The position numbers were made by a program, and so were the translations under genes. A stretch of DNA of 64,000 nt, from positions 145,700,001 to 145,764,000 of the forward strand of contig OX597817.1 of the NCBI GenBank assembly GCA_951406725.2, in the 5' to 3' direction. This stretch comes from Octopus vulgaris. Taxonomy: Eukaryota. The notes beneath the pieces were generated by a model. The model saw nothing but the letters and a program-made list of their open reading frames with translations. It did not search any database and had not been told where the DNA came from. Numbering within the stretch: the first letter of the stretch is position 1; the number at the start of each line of letters is the position of its first letter. This document shows positions 53,076 through 64,000 of the stretch, in pieces.

Positions 53076-53586
53076 CCGTAAATCCCCAAGTATAATCTGC
53101 ATTTTTTTCCCAAAATTTAAAGGTCAAAATCCCTAGTGCATTCTATATACGAGGCTAAAAATGAAAATCATTTTCTAAGCAATGTCCAAGTCTCTATTTG
53201 GTGTCCGGCAATGTTTATTCAGATGCATTTTGTGATGTCGGGCACGAAAATACCTTAAGCTAAGCCTGAAAGCAATGAAGTCATAAAAGAATCATCCATA
53301 ACTTGCAGTAAGCAACATTTATTAAACGTTATTACTGTTATTTCTTCATTTTCTGCTAACAAAATATGCAAAAAGCTACACGTTTGCATTATGTTATATA
53401 TACAATAATAATAAAGGACGTTACCATATACATTTTTACAAACCAAGGACATTATATAGACCTCCTTGACTCAAGTTAGAGAAGGGGTGCGTATTATACA
53501 CAAGGTTTAGGTTTTTCAGAGGTACAGCCCCCTAAAAATCCCCTGCATATTATACTCAAGTGTGGACTATACTCGAGGATTTACGA
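53076..53586. mobile_element. pogo/Tigger-like MITE
   Basis: TA|CCGTAAATCC...GGATTTACGA|TA. A partial copy lies at ~50771-51104. Confidence 0.75.
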
Positions 53587-56500
53587 TACTTTCTGTCCCT
53601 TCTTTTACCCCTTTTTTCCAGAGTTGTGATGCACCTAAGCACTATCATGTCTCAGCTCTTTCCTGCAACTTAGAAACACAATACTTACCTCAACATATGC
53701 ACTTTTCCAAATATGGTCATTGACTGTTCTTTCAATAAAGTCTGGTCCAATCCCACTTCATGGTACCTTGAGATAGTGTCTTCTACAATAGCTTCAGGCC
53801 TACCGAAAGCTTGTGAGTGGATTTGGTTAACTGAAACTTTGGTATTATGTTGTCATTGTCATCATCACCACCCAATTATAATATTGCTTACCATTCATCC
53901 TACTATGTTAAAATAACAAAATTCCAGTCTGTCTCCTTGTTGACATTACAGTCATACATTTCCCTCACCAGCCTATAACACTGATTCACACCACTACACT
54001 CAACAACCACACTACTTCCTAACTTTATGCACAAATCGTGGCACTCCGTTGGTTATGATGACAAGGGTTCCAGTTGATCTGATCAATGGAACAGCCTGCT
54101 CTTGAAATTAACGTGTAAGTGGTTGAGCACTCCACAGACGTGTGTACCCTTAATGTAGTTCTTGGGAAGATTCAGCATGATGCAGTGTGTGATTAGGCTG
54201 GCCCTTTGAAATACAGGTACAACAGAAACAGGAAGAAAGAGTGAGAGAAAGTTGTGGTGAAAGAATACAACAGGGTTTGCCACCACTCCCTGCCAGAGCC
54301 TCATGAGCTTTAGATGTTTTCGCTCAATAAACACTGACAACATCTGGTCTGGGAATTGAAACTGCAATCTCTGCTGCCCTAACCACTGGGCCATTGCACT
54401 TCCACTTACACACAAATAGATAATAGCTATAAGAACAACAAAACTCAATTGAGCAATCCTCAATAGCAACACCATCAGCAAATACTCAATAACTCAGTAA
54501 ACATCACAAGTCTGTGGCTATCAAACAATCTCTGAGGTCACTAAAACCTATGCAGTATACGAAACATATTTGGATTTTCATATTGAATACCTCAAGGATC
54601 TGATCTCCTGACCACTTTCTTCTAGCTATATCTACAAAACCTTCCCATACCTTCACTAAGCATGTACACAACTTTATATGCAGATTCCATCTTTCACCAT
54701 TGTCTAGATACAGTTGCATAAACTCCTTCAATATTGATCACCTAGGAAGCTGGCTTCAAATAGTTTATATCAAATACATCATCACCCTTATTACCAATGG
54801 CATCGGAGAAGACATGTCACACACACACCCAGATGACAAAAATACTAGAAGTTACATTCAGTGCATCCATTCAGAACAGTCAAAGGCAACACATTAGACA
54901 AACAACAGTATTGTAAACAATATCTGGCATAAAGCCATCTTCCCTTCTCAAATGCCCCCATACACACACTTAGCAAGAGTTTTTACTTTTCCCCTGTTCT
55001 TTTTCTTGTCTTGCAATTAATTTGGCAACTTCACTGTTGTTGGTGGCAAAAAAAAAAGCACAGTAAAGACTGTAAAGAGCATCCAGCTGTAGAAACCAAA
55101 TCAAAGTTGACATTGGTGTTTGATGCAGCTCTGTGGATTGCCTGATCCTGTCAAACTGCCCAGCCCATACCAGTATAGAAAACAGATATTAAATGATGAT
55201 GGTCATCATCATCATCATCGTTTAGCATGTGTTGGACGATTTGACTGAGGTCTGGTGACTCAGATGGCTGCATCAGACTCCAATCTGATCTGGCAGAGTT
55301 TCTACAGCTGGATGCCCTTCCTAACACCAACCACTCCGAGGGTGTAGTTGGTGCTTTTATGTGCCACTGGCACGAGAGCCAGTTTGGTGGTACTGGCAAT
55401 GGCCATGCTCAAATGGTGCTTTTTATGTGCCACCTGCATGCAGATCCATCATTGACTCTCAATCTCTTTTCAATGCATTACAAAGAACACAAAACAGACC
55501 AACATGAACATAGAAGGAACACAGTTTGTTGCTGCAACAACCATCTAGAGGTATTTACACTACTGCAGAATACTACTTCAGTATTACATCAATACAACCA
55601 TAGCACTATTCTAAAACCAATTCTCTCAAACCAGACGACCACAGGAAACAAATACACTCAAAAGTAGCAGCAATATCAATAGTCTTGTTAGTTCCAAACA
55701 TAGTGCTTGGGATTCACATCATTGATAAGAGCAGAAGAACCAGCAACAGTTTAACTCTGACCAAATCAACCCTGTTTGCTTTTGTTGTGACACTAACCAG
55801 AAAGTAGAAGGCAGTGAGCTAGCAGAAACGTTAGCACGCTGGGCAAAATGCATAGCCATATTTGCTCTGCCACTACGTTCTGAGTTCAAATTCCGCCAAG
55901 GTCGACTTTGCCTTTCATCATTTTGGGGTTGATAAATTAAGTACCAGTTATGCACTGGAGTCGATGTAATCGACTTAATCTATTTGCCTGTCTTTGTTTG
56001 TCCCCTCTGTGTTTAGCCCCTTGTGGATAGTAAAGAAATAGGTATTTCGTCTGCTGTTATGTTCTGAGTTCAAATTCTGCCAAGGTCGACTTTGCCTTTT
56101 ATCTTTCCGGGGTCAATAAATTAAGTACCAGTTATGCACTGGGGTCGATCTAATCGACTTAATCCCTTTGTTTGTCCCCTCTATGTTTGTGGGCAATAAA
56201 GAAATTAGAAAGTAGAAGTGTAAAAAAATAAATTGGATAACGGAGAGAGAGAGGACGTTTCTGAAGTGTCTCAACGTACCTCATGAAATAAAACCATAGC
56301 AAGCATTCAGATGTGCACTTTATGATGCTTACCTTAGCAGAAGCTTCATGTGTCTGAAACAATGGATCTATGGGTTTCACCTTGTTATTTAGCTAATATC
56401 CTGTGTGTTGTAAGTCTAACCTAACTTGGAACATCACCACCACTGCCAACAACAACAACAGCATCTGCAGATTATGTCTTGCAGTTAGTATATTTGTTGA

Positions 56501-59500
56501 ATTTGTGTCATTTTTTCTGTAGACTTTATGAGATATAAAAACTGTGTCTATGTTGTTAACCAAAGATGAAAGAACCAGCTGTGTATAACTGAATGAATTG
56601 GAAAATCTGCCCGTCAGTATTTAGCCAGCAGCTCTCTGAATTTATGGTAGAAATTTCTTTAGATGTCCAACACAATTATTTTTTCTTTTCTTAAATAGTT
56701 TGGCCTGGTCGAAATATCTGTACCCTGTCCTCTGCAGGCCCTACAACACCAGGGATACTGATACAGATGATGTTCCTCATGAACAGCTGCATGTTAGTAG
56801 TTTCAAAGGAAACCATGGGTTGGGAGGAAATTCCAGAAAGATAGTATTTGATTGGCAACTCTATGAAGATCCTACTGTACCAGAGCACTGTTCTGCCAAC
56901 AACAGTCTATGCAGAACAAACTTAGAAAATGACTGCCAAACCACTCAAAAGTTGAATGCATTCCATAGACTGTCTGTGCAGATTACTCAAGATCACCTTC
57001 AGGGACCAAACCAATTTGCATAGCATACAGGAAATTGTAGTGAAAAGGTGGCAAGCTGGCAGAAATGTTAGCACACCGGATGAAATGTGTAGCCGTATTT
57101 TGTCTGCCATTATGTTCTGAGTTCAAATCCCGCCAAGGTCGACTTTGCCTTTCATCCTTTCATGCAGAGTAATGAAGGTCCAAGAGAGCCAAACAATGGG
57201 TACCACCAGAGGGACAAAGAAAGCAAAGGAGGCCTAAGAAGACATGACATGCTACCTCAAAGACCTGAAGTAACTTAGCATGACCGGAGAAGAAGCAGGC
57301 AACAATACTCAAAACCAGGATTATTGGAGATGTCTTGCTGCCCATTGTTCAGGAGAACTGTATGAGAGGAACTAAGACTAAGGTGTTCTGGGAGGTATGA
57401 CTTAGAAAAAATGGTAAATGCTGGATTTGGGTGGGCACACAATATGGCTGACATAAAAAGAAAAGTAAGAGATACCCACTGAATTTGTAACTAATAATTG
57501 AAACATCAGTTTTCGTGTTAGTTTCTATTGTTCTCAGGATTTACATTTGGAATTTATTATAGGCGTAGGAGTGGCTTTGTGGTAAGTAGCTTGCTTACCA
57601 GCCACATGGTTCCGGGTTCATTCCCACTGTGTGGCACCTTGGGCAAGTGTCTTCTACTATAGCCTTGGGCCGACCAAAGCCTTGTGAGTGGATTTGGTAG
57701 ACAGAAACTGAAAGAAGCCTGTCATATATATGTATATATATATGTACATGTGTGTATATGTTTATGTGTTTGTGTTTGTCCCCCCAACATCGCTTGACAA
57801 CCGAGGCTGGTGTGTTTACATCCCCATAACTTAGTGGTTTGGTAAAAGAGACCAATAGAATAAGTACTAGGCTTACAAAGAATAAGTCCTGGGGTCGATT
57901 TGCTCGACTAAAGGCGGTGCTCCAGCATGGCCTCAGTCAAATGACTGAAACTAGTAAAAGAGTAAAAAAAATGAGTAGTGTCACCAGTCAAATTTCCCAC
58001 CATATAAGGTCATACAGAATTCAGATTGCTATTGACCTGGTTTATCTTTAGGACAAAAATAAATGTCACCTGTGAAAAAAATACCTGTTCTTTATTCACT
58101 TTTAGACAATCTACTTTTGTCACATTTTATCACCTTCACTGAGGTCTAGTTTACATGCACATGCAGCTGTAAAAATCCTACCAAAACAGTCACAAAAGCC
58201 TGGTGCAGGTTTCTGCCTGGCCAGATCCTGTCAAACCATCCCACCCATGCCAGCAGGGAAGGCAGACGTTAAACAATGCTGTTGCTGCTGCTGATGACGA
58301 TGCACTAAGTTGTGTGTGAACCTTGCACTGTTGCCTTCCTCTTTCCACATAAAAATAACTGTTACAAGCTCAATGCCTAGAGATTCTCAATGAAAACAAA
58401 CATCTGGATTTACTTCTAACTTGTCATAGCGAAAAAACTTTGTAAAAGGTGAGAAAAATCTATAAGTATAAGCAATTTTTTCTTTGTGAATTCATTTTAA
58501 TACATTTGAGCAACTGCCACATGCAGCCTTATCCAAACTTCTTACCAATTACATACAACCATAACAGGAGAGATGAATGAGTTAGGAAGGTTGAGTGGAG
58601 GGGGAGAGGACCATCCAGCTCCAAGGAGTGGAGATCACTGTTGTAGTAGTAGTGGCAATATAAGTAGAGCATTGAAACTGCAGGTCTATGGACCAAAAGT
58701 TGGAGTGTGTCAGAAACGAAGAGTATGAATTCATATTCTTCCCATAACAATGGTTTCAAATTTTGGCCCAAAGTCCATAATATTAGGGCAAGGGGCAAAG
58801 TTGATTAAATTGACCTCAGTGCTCAACTGGTATTATTTTATTGACTCCAAAAGATTAAAAGGCAAATCAACCTTGGCAGAATTTGAATTCAGAATGTGAA
58901 GAGTTGGATGAAATGCTGCTAAACATTCTGTCTAACGTTCTAATAATTTTGGCACAAGGCCAGCAATTTTAGGCTAAGGGCAAGTTGATTACATTAACTT
59001 CAGAACTTGACTGGCACTAAGGCAGTGAGCTGGCGGAATCGTTAGCATGCTGGGTGAAATGCTTTGCGGTATTTTGTCTGCCACTACGTTCTGAGCTCAA
59101 ATTCCGCCGAGGTTGACTTTGCCTTTCATCCTTTCGGGGTTGATAAATTAAGTACCAGTTACGCACTGGGGTCGATCTAATCAACTTAATCCCTTTGTCT
59201 GTCCTTGTTTGTCCCTTCTGTGTTTAGCCCCTTATGGGTAGTAAAGAAATAGATATTTTGTCTGCTGCTACGTTCTGAGTTCAAATTTCGCTGAGGTTGA
59301 CTTTGCCTTTTATCGTTTTGGGGTCAATTAAATCAGTACCAGTTATGCAATGTAATCGACTTAATCCCTTCCCCCAGATATGAGGCCTTGTGCTTCCAGT
59401 AGAAAAGATTATCATCAGTTATTGGCCTCAGTAGCGTGTCAGTCTCATAATCAAGTACTTGGCTGGTACTTTATTTTATCAGCAGAATTTGAATTCAGAA

Positions 59501-59621
59501 TGTAAAAAGTTGCTAGAAATGTAAAGCATGTCTAGTATGTCAATGGTTCTTCCAGCTTACCACTTTAACTCTTTTACATTAGGATACAGTAATGACAAAA
59601 ACTATGACATCAATGTATATG

Positions 59622-59857
59622 CAGGGTGTTCAGAAAGTCTCTCCGCAGTAAGTACTTAATGGTTTTCAGGTGATTCTTGTACACTGATCCTTTACTTGCT
59701 CCCCAGAAAAAAAAAAGTCTGGCAGTGTTAAATCAGGTGATCTTGGTCGCCAAAGTCCCTTTGAAATAATCCATTTACTGAAAAACTCTTGAAGTAGCGC
59801 CATGGCGATGCGCAGGATGAAAAAAATTTACTGCAGAGAGACTTTTTGAACATCCTA
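59622..59857 (-). mobile_element. Internally deleted Tc1/mariner element
   Basis: 29-bp TIRs (25/29 match). Internal minus-strand WRPRSPDLTLPDFFF-WG motif. Confidence 0.8.
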
Positions 59858-60387
59858 TACTCCTTGATCTAAAAGACTGAGTCGGAGTCTATAACCTTAA
59901 AACATCAATTTGAAGCTTGAATTATTGTGATGGCAATGAATCAAATGTCACCCTACTTTTTCTGTTTTTGTTTTATAATTAGCAACAGAGTTACCATATA
60001 CTTAAATAAACATCTTTCAGTGAAACTCTCTTTGTTCCTTCATATCAACTGGCTCTTCTCATTGACACTTAATATTACTTCACTTGTTAATTTTTCTGTA
60101 TTCACTTTTCTTGATGCAAGCAAATAATACTTTGTTTTTTTCTTTTCTATTCTTATTCTAGAGATTGCATTCAAATATGGAACTGTATATAACCTCAATT
60201 AGCTAGCATATGAAATGGAAGGAGAGCTTAGAAATTCAAATAACTTATCTATGTAATTTAGTGTTTATTCTTACCATTTTTTTAAAGAGTTTCTGTCTCG
60301 TTTCCTCTTTCTTTTTTTTCTGTTTACTGATCTAGAACTTCATCTCTTGAGATATTGTTGTATTCAGTTCAGGAAACATAAAACATT

Positions 60388-61075
60388 ACAAGGGTTGTGA
60401 GCAACTGAAGTTTATTTTTCAACATAGACCTTTGTGGTTCACACACTTTTCCCATCGGTGTTGCAGTGCTTAGATTCCATTGGTGAAGAAGCTTTCATCG
60501 TGTTGCTCAAAAAAAGTCACCAATAACAGATATAATGCCATCATCACTGCAATACTGGTTCCTGGCCAAGTGTTTTTTTATGTTGGGGAACAGTCAGATG
60601 GAGCCAAGTCAGGAGAATAGGGAGGGTGATCAACCAGCACAAAGCCACAACCATGCACAGCAACCATTAAAAATAAGGACTTGTGCTGGAGCATTGTCCT
60701 GATGAAACAAGACCCCTTTTGTCAGTTTTCCTGGGCATTTTGTCTTGATAGCCTTTCATAACCGCCTCAATAAGTTGGCATATTACTCTCAATTGATGGT
60801 GTGGCCCATTTGAAGAAATCAATAAACACAATGTTTTTGTATTCAAAAAAGCTGAGGCCACCACTTTCCCTGCAGATGAAACAACTTGGCCTTATTTGGA
60901 GCCGGAGAGGAGAGGGTGTTTCCACAGCATGAACTGTCTCTGCCTCTGGCTCAAAGTGATGAAGCCAACATTCATCTTGGCTGAGGAAACATTCAAGAAA
61001 ACCAGCTGGATCTGCTTCAAACAATATCAGATTTTCCCATTATGTAATCAACCTGGTGTGCTTTTTGATCAGGTG
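60388..61075 (-). mobile_element. mariner transposase remnant
   Basis: DECWLHHFEPE and PYSPDLAPSD motifs on the minus strand, frameshifted. Confidence 0.8.
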
Positions 61076-62397
61076 TCAGAAGATGTCTTATGGACATGTA
61101 TTAAAAACTAAGTATTGAAGAGAGACAAAGAATCGCCCCAGCAATGGCCAGTGAGAATGCTAATTACATTTTGGCCTTTTTAATAATGTGTACTCATATC
61201 TCAGGATGAATACCACAGTAAGTGGCCATTCAATAGAGTACATACATTAAATATGATCCATGTTTAGTTGGATATAAAAATTGCCTTTTGGTATTAATAC
61301 TGCTTCTGTTGTTGAGAATTAATTTTTAATAAGCCTACAGGCTATTTGTGACGTCAGTATCTGAAAAGATGCTGAAATCCTATACATTGTAGCAGCAAGA
61401 CTTGACTAGCATGTAGTCCACCTGGTGCTTCCTGCTATTATGTTAAATTGTCATATGTCCAAATCTGGCCAAATTTGATTTTCTAACACAACTTCTACAA
61501 TTACAAATTACAAAAAGCTGTATGGTAAGAAATTTGTTTCCCAGTCACATGGGTTCAGGTTCAGTCCCTTGGCACAACACTTTAGGCAAGTGTTTTCTAT
61601 TATAGCTCTGAGCTGACCAAAGCCTTGTGATTGGATTTGGTAGACAGAAACTGGAAGAAGCTGGACATACGTGTGTATGTGTGTGTGTGTGTGTGTAAGT
61701 GCGTGCATGCATGTGTTTGTGTGTTACTGTCTATTTGATAGTTATGAGTGTCACTGTCATACAAGTGGTATCCATTGTTTCCAGTTTTCCATAAAGACAT
61801 GTTTGGTCATGGGGAAGTATTACTTTACTCAGAAATAGGTGAGTGCTGGCAACAGGAAGCATACAAAAGTGGACATTAAAACAATGATGAGAAATATAAA
61901 AATTACAAGAAAAGCGAATAACTTCCAAAATTTATTCTTTAATTTCAGAAATGGATTCAATTAAATTCCACAATGCATAAATTGTTTTATCATTAAAGAA
62001 TATTGATTTTTAAAGCAGATTGACTACACTTTCAGTTTATGTTACAGAGCTGTCAGAGTGAGAAAATAAGAGTAGTATGTCGTACATATTTTCAGAATAT
62101 TTCAACAAGAGAAGAATTGAGATGTAGGAGAAAACTAATAACTGGCAAAATATAAAAATTCCTCATAGATAATAAAAGTTTGAAGCTAAGGGTGGGAGAA
62201 AAAAAGTTATTTTTATTATAGGCTAATACAAGTGGGACATGTTGGAAAAATCTGCTAAACAATATCATGATTTAAGTGTGAGAATATAGTAAATCTTTTA
62301 AATAGAGTTGCTAGTAAAATTTAACAAAGTTCATAGTATTATATGTCAAATACCAACAAGATAACAGAACAGCATTGCAACTTATTGAATTGCCTGC

Positions 62398-62571
62398 TTA
62401 ATCCTCCTCCTCTTCACCTTGCTGTTCACCTTCACCAGGTGGTGGAAGTTTAATATCTGATGGCTCCACACCCCAAATCTGACGAGCATACTCACTGATT
62501 GTGCGATCGCTGGAGAATTTGCCAGAAGCAGCAATGTTGTAAACACATTTTTTGGCCCATTCATTAGCATT
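62398..62571 (-). CDS. PYG: Glycogen phosphorylase, terminal coding exon ([57 protein letters not shown])
   Basis: [18 protein letters not shown] is the conserved phosphorylase C-terminus. Acceptor cttccacag|; stop TAA at 62400-62398. The ORF track shows another frame here. Confidence 0.95.
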   Translation of the reverse strand, partial: NANEWAKKCVYNIAASGKFSSDRTISEYARQIWGVEPSDIKLPPPGEGEQQGEEEED

Positions 62572-63285
62572 CTGTGGAAGGGGAAGAAAAAGATATACAT
62601 GAGTTTCAAACAGATTCTTAAAAAACAGAAAATCTTGGATATTATTTTGGTCATAATTGTTTTTTCATCATCATCATCGTTTAACGTCCGCTTTCCATGC
62701 TAGCATGGTTTGGACGTGTGACTGAGGGCTGGCGAACCAGATGGCTGCACCAGGCTTCAATCTTGATCTGGCAGAGTTTCTACAGCTGGATGCTCTTCCA
62801 AACGCCATGGTTTATGTCTCATTTGTGGCACTCCATCAGTTATGATGACGAGGGTTCCAGTTGATCCGATCAACAGAACAGCCTGCTTGTGAAATTAATG
62901 TGCAAGTGGTTGAGCACTCCACAGACATGTGTAACCTTAACATAGTTTTTCAGCACATGGTCTCAAATTATAGGCCACAATTATTAAGAATATCTATTTA
63001 TTGGAGTGGAATATATCTATAACTAGCCTGAACTGGATTATCCAACCCAACCTCTATCACTGGTTATCAGGCAGTTTCTCTCTCAGTTAAATAACAGCAT
63101 TACTGAACAGGGTTATCGCCTAAATTTTGAAGATATTAGTGAAACTGTCGAGAGAGCTGGTAGACATACTGGCAGGTCAAGCAACTATAATAACTCTCAA
63201 ATTTTGTCAAATCCTAGATGTAGTGATCTCTAAATGGTAATATTTGCTGAAAATACGCGAACTGAAGAATAAACTATTTACAATT

Positions 63286-64000
63286 ATCATCATCATCATC
63301 ATCATCATCGCCATCATTTAACGTCTGCGTTCCATGCTAGCATGGGTTTGACGATTTGACTGAGGTCTAGTGAACCAGATGGCTGCACCAGGCTCCAAGC
63401 TGATCTGGCAGAGTTTCTACAGCTGGATGCCCTACATAACGCCAACCACTCTGAGAGTGTAGTGGGTGCCTTTATGTGCCACTGGCACGAGGGCCCAGTC
63501 AGGTGGTACTGGCAACGGCCACACTCAAATGGTGCTTTTTATGTGCCACCTGCACAGGAACTAGTCCAGCGGCACTGGCAACGACCTCGCTTTAATGTTT
63601 TTTCACATGCCACCGGCACAAGTGCCAGTAAGGCAATGCAGGTAATGATCACGCTCGAATGGTGCTTTTTACGTGCCACCGGTGCGGAAGCCAGTTTGTT
63701 GTTCTGGTAAAGATCACGCTTGGATGGTGCTCTTAGCGCTCCACTAGCATGGATGCCAGTCATCGAATTTGATTTCAATTCGAATTGACTTGCCTCAACA
63801 GGTCTTCACAAGCAGAGTTTAGTGTTCAATGAAGGAAAGGTATGCATAAGTGGGCTGGTTACACCCCTGGCATAGGCCACGAGGTTATGGTCTCACTTGG
63901 CTTGCCGAGTCTTCTCAAGCACAGCATATTTCCAAAGGTCACTAGTCATTGCCTTGGTGAGGCCCAATGTCGAAGGTCATGCTTCACCACCTCATTCCAG
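63286..64000 (-). mobile_element. RTE LINE 3' end: ORF C-terminus plus ~600-nt 3'UTR ending in (GAT)n
   Basis: Minus strand WNEVVKHDLR...WKYAVLEK runs into the repeat ending GGACGTTAAACGATGATGAT-like. Truncated copies lie near 2600-2925, 5230-5500, 7730-8025, 21030-21408, 23548-23830, 43752-44090, 44270-44615, 55200-55440 and 62666-62785. Confidence 0.8.

Noticed and set aside
62382-62654. 90-aa ORF from the track
   Set aside because: Wrong frame. The real exon is the glycogen phosphorylase frame 62571-62398.

Overview
Eukaryotic, AT-rich, repeat-dense genomic DNA. The SINE/LINE families and protein sequences suggest a coleoid cephalopod, probably Octopus (inference, not a database result). 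Three genes are recognisable. (1) LIN37 (MuvB/DREAM subunit), minus strand: six in-phase GT-AG exons reconstructed from 13102 down to 1293; the last exon(s) lie left of the window. (2) A light-sensitive Drosophila-type (type 1) cryptochrome whose whole 543-aa ORF sits in one exon (47821-49452, +), with a putative promoter and first exon about 14.5 kb upstream. (3) The last coding exon of glycogen phosphorylase (62398-62571, -), convergent with cry. The rest is mostly tRNA-derived SINEs, RTE and CR1-type LINE fragments, Helitron/hAT/Tc1-mariner/piggyBac-like non-autonomous elements, a solo LTR and satellites. The most interesting observations are a structurally complete type I hammerhead ribozyme 3.2 kb downstream of cry on the sense strand (with an antisense half-copy 400 nt upstream), a family of minimal Penelope-type hammerhead motifs, and four CACGTT E'-boxes at an exact 20-bp period plus a D-box in the putative cry promoter. 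Repeat boundaries are approximate and only representative copies are listed.
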